A stretch of DNA of 64,000 bases from Octopus sinensis (taxonomy: Eukaryota), in assembly GCF_006345805.1 (NCBI RefSeq), contig NC_043000.1, positions 77,934,001 through 77,998,000 of the forward strand. Direction: 5' to 3'. Below the pieces are notes generated by a model. It saw only the letters and a program-made list of their open reading frames with translations, ran no database searches and was not told the DNA's origin. The translations under genes and the position numbers were made by a program. Below, piece after piece: positions 13,376-26,645 of this stretch; the stretch's first letter is position 1; the number at the start of each line of letters is the position of its first letter.

Positions 13376-13519
13376 GTGCGTGTGTGTGTGTGTGTGGAGG
13401 CGCAATGGCCCAGACCGGAGTAAACACATAAATGTGAAACAAGGTGGAAAAAAAGAGTACTCAAATACCAGTGGTAGAGTAATATGCTTTATTTAAAGCA
13501 GCAGAAAATTCAACAAAAT

Positions 13520-13557
13520 CTGTTACTCTGAGTTTCTCGTTGCCGTTCATCAGACAG
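13520..13557 (-). ncRNA. Minimal type I hammerhead ribozyme, canonical core, GUA site
   Basis: ctgt-CTGATGA-a-CG-gcaa-CG-a-GAAAC-tcaga-GTA-acag: stem I ctgt/acag, GNRA-capped stem II, ACTC-A-GAGT stem III; heads a short element ~13413-13560. Confidence 0.8.
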
Positions 13558-13721
13558 TTTTTGTTAGAATGGAACCGATATATCAATTCAATCCAGACTC
13601 TTACAAACGCTACACCTTTAAAAAATGGACTTGTTTGATTGGCCCTTTAGAAATAACGGTCAATCTTCGAGCGATAAACAAAAAAATGAGCTCAAAAATA
13701 TATATGTATATATATATATAA

Positions 13722-13762
13722 AAAAATTATAAAAATTATAAAAATTATAAAAATTATAAAAT
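13722..13762 (+). repeat. 9-bp tandem repeat (aaaattata)n
   Basis: Read directly. Confidence 0.85.
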
Positions 13763-14215
13763 TCGAGGAAAAAACCTTACATTGAATAAAATACATATTG
13801 ACGTTAATGAAGGAAATATAATTAATGCATAGAAATTAAAACGCATTATAAATATTACACTGCAATACATATTCATATTAAAGTGTACATATATATATTA
13901 ACATACACAGAAGGATGCGTGCAAACGCCATACATATACAGACGTATAAATATAAATCTAAAATATACACACAAATGCATGCATACATATGTGTACGCAA
14001 TCTATCTCGCACGCAAGTTAAAATCATCGATGCTAATGTAGCGTTTCTTATTTACGGAGCAAAGCTTATGTGAGGGGGACGTAAAGTTGTATGCACCAGT
14101 ATCAGTTAGAGAATAAAACGAAAGAAAGGAAGAGAGAGAAAAAGGAACGAAGAAGGGGGAAGGAAAAAAGTAAAAGGAGGGGTGGGGGAAAAAAACGAAA
14201 TAAGAAAAATTATGT

Positions 14216-14254
<39 letters not shown>

Positions 14255-14279
14255 TACATACATACACACACACACACAC

Positions 14280-14327
<48 letters not shown>

Positions 14328-14384
14328 GCATAAATACATACGTATATGTACATACTTACATTTATACGTATATATATAAGCATA

Positions 14385-14650
14385 GGTGGGCACAGGACGT
14401 CATGAAACATGTACAACAAAAAAGTATGAAGCACGATTAAATGGAACACGAACTATTCTTTCGAACAACGAAAGACACAAACAACATAAAGAACGACCAT
14501 TCATCAGTTCTTGGCTGTTTTTTAGTCTCGTATATCGAGCATTTAACAACAATATATGCTTTCGATAAAACAGTTGCTCCCGCAAAGCAAATTAAATAAA
14601 ATATGGGATTTTTCGAACGCAATGCATCCTCTTCCAAGTAAGTTTTATCA
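14385..14650 (-). mobile_element. PLE-pLTR-like interspersed repeat, decayed
   Basis: Between microsatellites; minus strand has tgGAAGA-ggatgc-att-gcgttc-GAAA (~14600-14637) and a CTGATGA at ~14501-14507. Confidence 0.35.
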
Positions 14651-15789
14651 TATATATCATTTATATGTGATCGTATATTTAAATATATACATATATATAT
14701 ATGCTTATACATATGCATTTACACACACATATATATATATACATACGTACATACATACATACATAAATATATATATATATATATATATTTCATTTATACA
14801 CACACGCATACGTACGCGCCCACACGCACACACACATGTATGTATGTATGTATGTATGTACCTATAGACATATATATATATATAAGTAAGAGAAAGAGTT
14901 GAATGAGAGCGATGTTTTGGATGCCTGGTCAATTGTTACTTCATAAAAGCGGGAATGTAGTAATAACGCTTGAAATAAGTGTGAAAGGGCAAAACACATC
15001 ATTAATTAATTAATTATGTCGGCGATTGAAGATCTGCCGAAGGAATGGGTGGGTTTCCTTTAGCTGTAGTCTAGACTTTGTGTGTGTGTGCGCCCGCGCG
15101 AATGCGCGTTCAAGTGGAAGTTACCTCGTCCTAGATATGTAAGCAATACCACTGTATTGTTACTCAAATATACAATCCTGTAGAGTCAACAGTTATTCAA
15201 CGTTGACGTATTGTGTGGTTCTAGGGTAGAAGTGTTGCCTTTGGCTTGTAGCTTTACCTAATACATATGTGTAGGTGTGTATATGTGCGAGTATGTGTGT
15301 GTCAGAGAGAATTGTATACAAAGAGAGATGTTAGAGAAAGATATGAAAAAAATAAATGAGACAGAGAGGGAGATGATGCCAAACATATGAAAAAGAAAGA
15401 GGAACAAGACTGACAGAGAGGCAGACAGCAAAATTAAGTACAAAGTGAGGAAGAAGCCAGCCAGAACAGCATGTGGAAAGTGAATGGTACAAGATATTGC
15501 TATAACAATATGGTGGTTTACTATTTCCCACTTGCTTCTATTTCCCTCCATTTATTTAGCTATTGACCCATGTCAGCTTGTTTAGGTTAGCTTCATTGAA
15601 CCATGACAGGCTAACTTGCTGAACACGCATATACAGTGTTAGCTGTAGGAATGTATTACATCTTGGTTAGATATTATGTCACAATTGATTTCCTTTCAGT
15701 ATTTTCTGTTTAGAGGTTCAAAGGAAATAGTTTTCTTAGTCTATCGTCTTGCTGTATAAGCCTCAGAGAGAAATAAGGATATATACATG

Positions 15790-15841
<52 letters not shown>

Positions 15842-15908
15842 TATATACAGACACACATATATATGCTTGTATATATACATATATACATACATATATATAC
15901 ATGCATAC

Positions 15909-16016
<108 letters not shown>

Positions 16017-16088
16017 ATACCGGTTGTAAGAATGGATATTCTTATTCCTTAGACGGATATTCCAACTGCTAACTGTCTACCTTTATAC

Positions 16089-16140
<52 letters not shown>

Positions 16141-16249
16141 TCAGAATTAATGACGTGTTAACTGTATATCGTTTCGTTACTAAGGAGCATATCTATAGGT
16201 TCTGTTTTTTGTTTTTTTTTACACTGTTATGATTATTGGAAAACACATC

Positions 16250-16700
16250 GTCGCTTCATGTCTGCGAACAGAAAAAGGCAGAACAGTAGCACATGAGTTT
16301 CGATTTTTTGTAAGAGCTCTCGTCAACAGCTGCGCATAAATTCATTAGAATTTCAAGTAAACTGATTAAAATAATTTCAATATTTAGACCTTTTGTAATA
16401 GCGAGATTAAACATTAGAAATATATCAATGGTTTCATGAAAACATTTGCGCAAATGTTCAGTCGTAGTTTGAATATTTCAAATGATTCTCTGAAGCAGCT
16501 CGTTTCCAGTAATGAAAATTTCATCTCAAGTTTTTGCCTTATTTTGTGTTCTAACATCGGATGGACATATTTTACATCCATACAAAACAATTCATGACAT
16601 TATTAGTGATTATGATATAACAATGAAATAAGAAAATTTTCATTTATTTCGAGATTTAAGCAGTAAAAATCTATTTGACGAGAATTTCAAATCTACAAAG
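16250..16700 (-). mobile_element. Possible hAT transposase C-terminal remnant
   Basis: ILMNLCAAVDESSYKKSKLM weakly resembles the hAT dimerisation motif (..TIPVTVA.AERSFSKLKLI). Confidence 0.25.
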
Positions 16701-16788
16701 ATAATCTACTCTATAGTGAATACACACAAACACGCGCGCGCACACACGCACACACACAAACACACACAAAGCACACACACACACACAC

Positions 16789-16848
<60 letters not shown>

Positions 16849-16849
16849 A

Positions 16850-17045
16850 TTATTCGTTATTTTGCATAGTTCAGCGGATGAAATAACGACAAGGGCCACG
16901 AGTTCAGCTCGTGAAAATTTCCAAATTATTTAGATCTACCACTCGAAAATATTTTCAATACAAATTCAATTATTCTGGCTATACAAGTTTATATCAAAAT
17001 AATGGGAGGTATGTCACGCTGATGCATTCTTTTATTACTTTTCAA
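16850..17045 (+). repeat. Unclassified interspersed repeat (second copy 20065-20260)
   Basis: Shared taacga.aagggccacgagtt...tttccaaatt...tatatcaaa.taatgg.a.gtatgtcac.ctga. Confidence 0.7.
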
Positions 17046-17430
17046 CTTATTTTTTAAAGATGGCGTCATTTTTGACATCTATGGTTTACTACCATATGTA
17101 TATAATTAATATGTATTAGTACATATGTGTGTATGTGCGTGTGTATGTGTGTACGTGTTTGTGTGTATCTGCGTGTGTATATTTATGAAGATAGATCGAC
17201 AGTTAGATTAACAGACAGACAGACAAACAGACAGATAGATAGATAGATATTTAGACAGATAACATTAAATTAGGAATCCTCTGGTGTGAATTGCAATTTA
17301 GGGAAAAGTATTGAATACTGAATTGAACGGAATAAGAACTATCTTTGTATCTCCATCTCTATTGTCTCCCTTTCTCCCTCTCCCTCTCCCTCTGGCTCTC
17401 TCTCTTTCTCCCTCTCACTCTCTCTCTCTG

Positions 17431-17489
<59 letters not shown>

Positions 17490-18000
17490 TACTTATTCTG
17501 ACACTCTTTCTCTGATATTCTCACTTTTACTATTTTACTATTTAAATAGCATCCATTCGACCGTTTTCTCGGGCTACCCTTTCCGTTCTTTCTCTCTCCT
17601 TTTCCTTTCTGCATTCCTTCCTTCGATTTTTGGCGATTTCTCTCTCTTCTCTCCGTTCCTGTCCAGTCTCTCTCTTTCCCTGCCTCGCTCACTTTTTCTC
17701 ATTAGTTCGCTCTCCTCATTAGTTTTCTATGCATTTCTCTCCATCATTTTCTCTTTTTTCTTAATCTTTCTCGTTCATTCCTATTCTCACCTTTCCCTGC
17801 CTCTGAATTTCTCTCAATATCTATATATATGCATGTGTATGTATATACATGTAGTTGTTTACACACCTGTCTTCGTCTCTTGTTTTTTTGTAAATTTTCA
17901 CTATATACATGTATGTATTTATGTATGTATGTATGTATATATGTATGTGTTTATGTATGTATGTATGTATGTTTGTATGTATGTATGTATGAATGAATAA

Positions 18001-18345
18001 GGGCGCATGGCCTAGAGGTTAGATGACACTCAAGATCGCGAGATATTGGTTCCAATTCCTGGACAGGATGGTGCTTTGTTTTCTTGAGCAACGCGCTTCA
18101 TCTCACAATACTCTGCGATCACTTCGAAACCTGATGCGTGGAACACCGTGCGCTCGTTTAGGCAACGTCGATATGATAGAGGGAATGTGCTATTGTGTAC
18201 ATCACATACATTTGATCACAATAAACAAGTCATTTGTGCAGGTTTATTTAGCATGATATTGCAGAACCGCCTTTGTCGGACGACAAGAAACTACCATCAT
18301 GTATGTATATATAACGATGGCAAGATGACTGAACTGCCAGCATGA
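18001..18345 (+). mobile_element. tRNA-derived SINE (family A-related head)
   Basis: gggcgcatggcctagaggttag...ggttccaattcc...ttcttgagcaa. Confidence 0.7.
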
Positions 18346-18469
18346 GAGCATTGGTGTATACACACATACACACACACACACATCCATATATATATATATA
18401 CATACACACATACACACACATACATACACACATATATATACATATACACATGCACTTACGGGTTAGCTC

Positions 18470-19030
18470 TTGTTTATTTGATATGTCAAGTCGTTTTTAT
18501 AAAATTTCTGATTTGGGGAAAGCTAAACGTTTTTACCAATGTTTTCCATCCTTCTAAGTTTTAGGCCTTTTGTTAATCACTTCAACCCAGTCCACATCCC
18601 AATATCTTCGAATCAGTTTTCTCTTAGTCGCCTGCTTTTACTTGCAATTTTCGTAAACACAATCGTATTTGCAAGTCACTCAGCATTCCTCATCTGTGAT
18701 CCAAACCATTGCATTTTTCATCTTACTGTTTCCACAACTAATTCATCAGCTTGATCTAAAAATGATTGGTTGGTCAAGAAGCCCTTTCAAATAAGGCCAA
18801 GAAATATGTGAAAACATCTCAAGGAATACTGACAATTTCATGTCCATGTTTGAACATGAAATATAGCCAAATTTTATATCCATGCAAAACATTCGATGAC
18901 AACATTAGTGATCAACATATATCAATAAAATTAGAAATCGTCTCCACTTCGAGATGGAAGCTGCAAAAATCAATTCGCTCAAAATTTCAAATTTGCAAAA
19001 CTACTTTATTCTCGATTGAATTCACTCACT
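18470..19030 (-). mobile_element. Decayed RTE-like LINE 3' coding fragment
   Basis: Minus strand QWFG...LANTIV...EDIGMWTGL resembles the RTE C-terminus; related copy at 23420-24300. Confidence 0.45.
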
Positions 19031-19042
19031 CACGCACAATCA

Positions 19043-19077
<35 letters not shown>

Positions 19078-19369
19078 TTACACATACATATTCTTTTATT
19101 CTTTTACTTGTTTCAATCATTTGACTACGGCCATGCTGGAGCATCACCTTTAGTCGAACAAATCGACCCCAGGGCTTATTCTATCGCTCTCTTTTACCGA
19201 ACTTCTAAGTTACGATGACGTAAACGCATCAACATCGGTATCAAGCGATGGGTGGAGGGCAAACACAGACATACAAATACATGCTTATATATATATATTA
19301 TAAATTAATATGTTCCCAATATCGTGTTGATATTTGCCGTGCAGTTCGACAAATTATATTTTTGACGTA

Positions 19370-19442
19370 CTCTACTGAAGATTCGAAGATATTATGTAAG
19401 TAAAATTGCATAATTTATTAACGATGAAACAATTGTATAGGG
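19370..19442 (+). ncRNA. Type I hammerhead ribozyme, canonical core, GUA site
   Basis: ctcta-CTGAAGA-t-tcg..attatgtaa/ttgcataat..cga-t-GAAAC-aatt-GTA-taggg: 5-bp stem I, long stem II, palindromic ACAATTGT. Confidence 0.8.
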
Positions 19443-19699
19443 TTAATCTATATTTTCGTTATTTTTCATTTGTCCTGCTCGCTTACGTTCTTGGTGTGTT
19501 GAATTATTTCTTGAGAACAATTCTTAGTGGTGGATTCCCTTTGCGGATCTATATCTAGCGTAAGAGCGTCCACATAGTGGATTCTCTCTTATAGTTGTGT
19601 ATATATATAAGCATGTATTATGCTTATATATATATAAGCATGTATTATGTTGGCGATTTTTTTCCTGTCTTCCTTTCTCTGGATCTTTCCCTCTCCTAT

Positions 19700-19734
19700 G
19701 TTTCCGACGAAGAGCTCCGCTCGAAACGTTAAAC
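19700..19734 (+). ncRNA. Minimal type I hammerhead motif (CCGACGA core, GUU site)
   Basis: gttt-CCGACGA-a-GAGC-tcc-GCTC-GAAAC-GTT-aaac: stem I gttt/aaac; within short element 19650-19835. Confidence 0.75.
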
Positions 19735-19830
19735 CCTCCTTCCTTCCTTCTTTCCTGAGCGTCCAATAACACAATATTTGTTTCACGTCCTCGCGTTGTT
19801 GTGTCTTTTTGTGCTTTCTTGTTTAGATTA

Positions 19831-19871
<41 letters not shown>

Positions 19872-20448
19872 TATATATATACACGATGGACTGCTTTCAG
19901 TTTCCATTCAGCAAATCCACTCACAAGGCTCTGATCGGCCCGAGGCTATAGTAGAAGACACTTGCCTAAGTTGCCATGCAGTGGGACTGAACCCGGAACC
20001 ATGTAGTTGGGAAGCAAGCTTCTTACCACACTGTCACACCTCCGCCTTTGTATATTTTTAATAATTAATTATTTCGCGTAGTTCAATGGTTCAAGTAACG
20101 AAAAGGGCCACGAGTTTGGCATTATTTAGAATGGAAGTTTCCAAATTCTTTAGGTTCAGTCATTGAAACTATTTTCTATACAAATCTAATTATTCTTAGT
20201 GTACAAATCTATATCAAAGTAATGGAAAGTATGTCACACTGAGGTATTTATCTATTACATTTCTTTCTTTGTGACATTCTGATTCTTCTTTTGTCCCTCA
20301 CATGCTTTTATTCTCTTAATATTTTCCTACCTTTCTTTCTAAAGTCCTTTCTCTCTCTCTCTATCTCTCTCACACACACACACACTCTCTCTCTCTCTAC
20401 CTCCCCCTCTCTCTCTATCTTTTTACAGACACACACATACCCTGTTTT

Positions 20449-20535
20449 GATCAATAAATATCCGGACTGTTGCCATTGTAACGAGGTTAAAGCGCGTAGA
20501 GTGAAGCTGCTTGGCACAGATTGACCTTGAACTCC
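20449..20535 (+). mobile_element. Mariner-type terminal fragment
   Basis: ta-c...gatcaataaatatccggactg resembles mariner TIRs. Confidence 0.4.
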
Positions 20536-20539
20536 GTTG

Positions 20540-22430
20540 TGTATGCAGACTAAATAATATATCTAAGACTTCAAACATTTTGTCACCCCCATATTTCAAG
20601 AATTCTGCAGACTTATTGTTATTCAGCTTATTCACTTGGTTCAAATGTCATCTCTTCTATAACTGGATGGTCTATTCAAAAGTGCAGAAAAATGTTCTAC
20701 TCAGCGCTTATAAATAGAAGCGGTGTCAGTTAGAAGCAAACGAGCTATCGAAGAAGATTTTGGGCTGTATAACTCCTTAACATAAGAGTACGAACCCTAG
20801 GCCTCATTTCTAGAAGCTGCTTCTTGTGCCCCTTTTGCTCTATCATTCCACCATTCCTGTTCAATTTTCCTTAGAGCAGACTGCACTTTCCTTTTCAGCT
20901 TTGTGTAAGCTTCGTTTGCGTTAGGGTTCAAGGGCCGAGAAAGGAGAGTATTGCCTAAGTTTTGTTTTTCTAAAAGTAGATCATAAATTTCTGCTGATCT
21001 ATCTGAGAACTAGTCACTGGACCTACGTGATATAAATCCCATTGACGAACTTGCAGTCTGAAATACGTTTGTCTTGAAATCTTCCCATAGATTGTTTGGG
21101 TCAAGATTGATACTTTCTATAGCATCGTGGAATCTTTGTAAGTTGCTTGATAATTTAAAGTTTGCAATATTTAACTTTTTGGGTACCTTAGGACCAGACT
21201 GTCAAAAATTCTATTTTTCTACGCACCCTCTGTCCTCTCATGACCCGAACGCTAGAGACGTCTTTCATATCACGTTTTCTGATCAGAATATAATCTATGA
21301 GATGCCAGTTCTTAGATCTTGGGTACATCCAGGTGGTTTTATATTTATTTTTCTGCTTAAACAGAGCTACTCGATTTTTATTGTATTTTCCAATCCCATG
21401 TCGACCTAAAATAGGCCATAAAACACAGTCCTTTCCATCTCTTGCATTGAAATCTCCCAATATGACCAGCTTGTCAGAAATTGGTACTTTCCTCAATAAT
21501 TGTGCAAGATCATCATAAAACTGTCCTACAGTTTCATCAGAATGGGGCATTGTTGGTTCACAAATACTGACAACGGTAAGAAACCTACATTTTTGTCAGT
21601 TTACTACAGCGTGACATGATCCGTTCAGATATACCACTTGGAAGCTCTACAATGGCGGATACTAATGTATTCTTAAGAGGAAACCCAGCACCAGACTCTC
21701 TATGCTGACCCTTAGGCAGGCCTCTCCAAAAATAGGTACGTTCATTTACTTGACCTTCACCAGAGAGACGAGTTTCAGAGAGCGCAACTATATCAAGGGA
21801 ATATTTCTTAAGCTAACATGCAATAAGTGCAGTACACCTTTCTGGCCTCTTGCTGAAATTATCAAGAAGTATGCGCACATTCCAACACCCAAATTCAAAG
21901 GATGTTTATTTTTACTTTTTCTTGAAGATTGTTTGACCACAGTGGCAGGATGACGACCGGGCTCAGCCTGTGATATACTGGGACACCTGTCGAGCCAGAC
22001 ATGTTCCCCTACGGTTCTCAAGCCTTTTTTGCTATTTACTGAATCTGTTTGAGACATTTTAGAGCAAGTTACAAGTGCATTTTTAGGTTTCTGCCAACCG
22101 ACCATTTCAATGATTTTACTAAGATTTGGCGTACAGGAAGTACCTGTGCAGATGAATAATTTTCAGTGGATGTAGCTTGCACTGCATTACCCCCACCTAA
22201 TGGCTCAAGAAGACTTTCGCCGGTGTGACATGAAAATTGACAAAACCAAGGACTTCCAAGGCCTCAGGTTTTATTTCGGAGATTTCCTTCTCCTAGGTAG
22301 ATTACCAACCAAGGTTAGAGAGCTTCTATCTGCCCATGAGGTAAGCTATCGTATTCCAGACACCATACCGACACTCAGACACTCTATAAAGTGATCAAAT
22401 ATCACTCCGGTGACCGACGCGCAGTAGCTC
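20540..22430 (-). mobile_element. RTE-clade LINE 5' portion (5' UTR plus AP endonuclease), decayed
   Basis: FYDDLAQLLRKVPISDKLVILGDFNAR, KTTWMYPRSKNWHLIDYILIRKRD, AEFLKYGG; RTE-type UTR motif ctaggagaaggaaatctc near 22277-22297. Confidence 0.85.
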
Positions 22431-22589
22431 ATTCATACATAAGAAAAAGGAAAGAAAAGTACTATATGGGATGTGCAAATGTAAATAAGAATTAAATATG
22501 AATAATATATATATATAAATATAAAAAGTAAAAGATAGGCAAGTGAAAAATATAAAGTAAGACTTAACTATAAATAATATACTATTTAC

Positions 22590-22779
22590 TCCTTACTCTT
22601 TTACTTGTTTAAGTCATTTGACTGCGGCCATTTGACTGCGCCTTTAGTCGAGCAAATCGACCCCGGGACTTATTCTTTGTAAGCCCAGTATTTATTCTAT
22701 CGGTCTCTTTTGCCGAACCGCTAAGTGACGGGGACGTAAACACACCGGCATCGGTTGTCAGGCAATGCTAGGGGGACAA

Positions 22780-22825
<46 letters not shown>

Positions 22826-22982
22826 GACAGGCTTCTTTCAGTTTCCGTCTGCCAAATCCACTTACAAGGCATTGGTCGGCCCGGGGCTATAGCAGAAGAC
22901 ACTTGCCCAAGTTGCCACGCAGTGGGACTGAACCCGGAACCATGTGGTTGGTAAGCAAGCTACTTACCACACAGCCACTCCA
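22590..22982 (-). mobile_element. Near-complete bipartite SINE family B (tRNA-like head, central (TA)n, tail)
   Basis: Head gagtggctgtgtggtaagtagcttgc...ggttcagtccc; tail ending gaaacaagtaaaagagta-like. Confidence 0.85.
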
Positions 22983-23238
22983 GTATATAAAAGTAAAATA
23001 TACATATACATATATACATATATGGAAAAAGATATATACATATTTACAGATATTTTGTTGGATGGCCGTTGACTGTTCAGGAGTTCCTCCGCCCTTTGAC
23101 GGGTCTTATTTTTCATCCCGCAGGGTGTCCAACAACACCCTCCTCACCAAGCAAGCCTGGTGGGGTTGCCAGTCTAGGTTGTACTGGATTACATGTATCA
23201 GTAGCACTCAAGAGCGACCTGACATACCTATGTATAAA

Positions 23239-23280
<42 letters not shown>

Positions 23281-23281
23281 A

Positions 23282-23329
<48 letters not shown>

Positions 23330-23419
23330 GCGCGTATAATATCTATATGCGTGTGTCTGTGTGTGTCTGTGTGTTACATATAAATATTGGTTAGTTAATA
23401 TCATTTATTTAATATATTA

Positions 23420-24300
23420 AGTCTTTCGGTCCCTCTCAGTCCTCGGCTTTTGTAATGTATTCTAATGACCTCAACCCAGTCCACATCTCAATATCATAGA
23501 GTTACCAATATCGAAGCTGCTTTAAGGTGGCGAGCTGGCAGAAACGTTAGCACAACGGGCGAAATGCTTAGCGGTATTTAGTCTGCTGCTACGTTCTGAG
23601 TTCAAATTTCGTCGAGATCGTCTTTGCCTTTCATCCTTTCAGGGTCAATAAATTAAGTAATAGTTGTGTACTGTGGTTGATCTAATCGACTGGCCCCCAT
23701 CCCAAAATTTCGAGCATAGAGTAGAAAAGAATATCCAAGTTGCTTTCTTTTACCTTCAATTCTTCTAAACATAATCGTATATGTGAGTCACTCACATTCA
23801 CAATATTCATATGACCAGTCCTTTGCATTTTTCTTCACCTTTCTCAGTTTATCTTCCCGACCAGCTCATTTATTTGCTCTAAGAATGATTGGTTGGTCAA
23901 GCAGTTTTTCAGAATGATACTGAGAATTTTGCGAAAGCATATTTGGAATATTCATGATTTTAGTTATCGTAGATTGTATTAAGCTTAGTTTATCGCGCAT
24001 TGCAATGTTCTTACTAATCCAGATTTTATTCGCTTTTGTTAATTATGCTGCTGCCATTGCAAATTCGCCTCTTTATCTCGATTTCATACACTATATTTTC
24101 GTTGATTAGAGTCACCAAATGAAATAAAGTGTCCACTTATACTATCTGAATATCATTGAATTAAACTCCAATTTTAATTTCATTGCTTGTTCGGCGTGTT
24201 CATCCCCTGTCACCATGACCTGAATTTCTTTTTTACAGTTGATTTCCGTACCATATTTACTTAAACCAAGATCTAGTGTACTCGTGTTATCAGATATAAT
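23420..24300 (-). mobile_element. Decayed RTE-like LINE fragment split by a SINE
   Basis: Homologous to 18470-19030 (caacccagtccacatc, atgattggttggtcaag). Confidence 0.45.
23525..23732 (+). mobile_element. tRNA-derived SINE family D
   Basis: ggtggcgagctggcagaaacgttagc...gagttcaaat; second copy 41845-42080 (-). Confidence 0.85.
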
Positions 24301-24640
24301 TTGCCTTTAGAACCTTAAAATAAAACTAGGAACCAACCTTATATGAGCCAAATATCCCGATACAAGGACCTTAACTTCCTACAAATATTTTATAAACCTC
24401 ACAACAAACCATGCACCAAATATGCTATTCAGTAAATACTTACAGCAATACAGAAACGTGTAAGAAATTTCAGCTCTGATGAAGCAACTTTTCAAGGGGG
24501 CTTTGACTTAGTAAGATCAGGGACTCATGGCAAAAATGTTAATAGCATATATCTGACCCAAAAAACATCAACAAATAGAGTAATGCGAGAAATGTGATCT
24601 GATTCAATCGATAAACCACACCACAGCAAAACAGTCATAT
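24300..24640 (+). mobile_element. Decayed PLE RT C-terminal fragment
   Basis: SSDEATF and NVI*FN (IIWFNP-like) remnants. Confidence 0.3.
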
Positions 24641-24861
24641 TCATTTGCAGAATTAGTATGAAATTTCAGTATTTGGGGGTGATAGGATAGATCATCGGTA
24701 AGGTCACACATTATGACACACTAACTTCTTCTTCAAAAAAAAAAAACTGACAAAATCAGTGGAAGATCGCCCCGTCAAAAAGGGTTTTATCCATTTCAGT
24801 CGATCAATACGTACACGCATGCACATACATGTATACATGCATAGGTAATTTACATGCATGC

Positions 24862-24914
<53 letters not shown>

Positions 24915-25137
24915 CAAAATAAATGTTTAAGTGAAATTTATACACAGTAAATGTTTAATTAAAAATACAGAAAAGGCCAAAGTTTTCAGTTAAAGTGATA
25001 TACATTTTGCAACTACTGTCTGTAAGTGGTAAAATTAAAATATTTAAGAATCTTCTGAACACCTATCATCATTGTTCATATCCAAATTCTAGCGATTTGA
25101 AACAAATTTCTTCTTATTGAAACACACACACACACAC

Positions 25138-25168
<31 letters not shown>

Positions 25169-25189
25169 ACACACACACATGCACGCACG

Positions 25190-25227
<38 letters not shown>

Positions 25228-25365
25228 GTGTAGGTATCAGTTAGAAGAGTTTAAAACCTCTAAGGGATAATTAAATCCAAAGGTGCTCCTGGTGATTACC
25301 TCAGCAGGTACAGTCCTTTGTAAAGTTGTACGGAGGTAGTTCGGTGGGTAAACCGAGGCTTAGAT

Positions 25366-25586
25366 TATATACGAGAAGAAAATGGATGTAAATAGCAAGG
25401 AGAAATTCGTCGTTTTCGCTGGTATGTGTTTAATTTTATTAATTAACAAAGAAGAAGGTAGCATTTACTAAATTGAAACGATCGTAAATGCTACCTTCTT
25501 CTTTGTTAATTAATAAAATTAAAGACATCAGCGAAAACGATGAATCTCTCCTTGTCATTTACATCCATTTTCTTCTCGTATATATA
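25366..25586. repeat. ~100-bp-arm inverted repeat with an HHR 3' half in the loop
   Basis: Arms 25366-25468 and 25484-25586; loop taaattGAAACgatc. Confidence 0.9.
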
Positions 25587-25598
25587 TACATACATACA

Positions 25599-25668
<70 letters not shown>

Positions 25669-25850
25669 AATTATTTATTAGGGAATAAAAATGCCAGCGT
25701 CACAGGGATTCAAATAAAATTAATTATTCTCGAGAAGGAAATATGTTTTTTTAGAGATAGAAGTCCCCATACAAAACATCAAATCCTAATATATATCACA
25801 TCATATAATAGAATTTTATTTTAATACTTACTAATCATTTCTAAATTTCT

Positions 25851-25900
25851 CTGCTACACGTGTTTCTTGAGGTTCGTTTTACCGTTCCTTAAACACGCAG
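25851..25900 (-). ncRNA. Degenerate hammerhead motif
   Basis: ctgc-(gtgttta)-agg...cct-caa-GAAAC-acgt-GTA-gcag: stems I and III intact, CUGAUGA eroded. Confidence 0.4.
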
Positions 25901-25979
25901 TCTTTTACAGGAACATTTCTTAAACGCTACCCCAATACATATATATATGGAGTGGGTCTTGGGTACATCTATATATATA

Positions 25980-26205
25980 CAGGGTTGGCCAAAAGTCCCT
26001 CGACAGTAAATCGAAATTCCATAAATACTTAATATTCAGTTTTATTTATTCATTTAGAAAAATGTGTCGCTCAAGAAGGACCAGCCAGTTTGAACAATTT
26101 TCATGATGCTTTATATTTAGACACTTTTATTAAATTTATTCAGTTGTTAAACATAAATATATCTTGGAAATAAATTTATTGTCAGGTGACTTTTGGCCAA
26201 CCCTG
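25980..26205. mobile_element. Tc1/mariner-type MITE
   Basis: TIR cagggttggccaaaagtc / gacttttggccaaccctg, flanked by TA on both sides. Confidence 0.9.
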
Positions 26206-26245
26206 TATATGTTTATATGTGTGTGTGTGTGTGTGCATATATAAT

Positions 26246-26333
<88 letters not shown>

Positions 26334-26583
26334 GTAAAATATGAAAAATCAACGAAAATGCATACTGCAAATAGAAAAAGGCTATTTATGACAGGTAGTG
26401 ACAAATATATACATTTAGATTGACTGAGGTAGTAATACGAGTCATAAAGGTCATTATTATGAGATGATTATAAGATGATAATAAAGTAAGAGAACAAAAC
26501 GAACCAATGGTTTATGCGAAGGTTATTCATTTTACCCTTACATTTCCACGTGTATTTTATATTTTCTTTTCGTAACATATTTC

Positions 26584-26645
<62 letters not shown>

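Larger units (their letters stand above)
19095..20047 (-). mobile_element. Bipartite SINE family B (head 19883-20047, tail 19095-19265) whose central (TA)n has received HHR-bearing inserts
   Basis: Head and tail match the more intact copies at 22590-22982 and 30757-31471. Confidence 0.75.

Noticed and set aside
24475-24500. CTGATGA at ~24477
   Set aside because: Lies in a coding remnant (SSDEAT); no downstream stem II-GAAA
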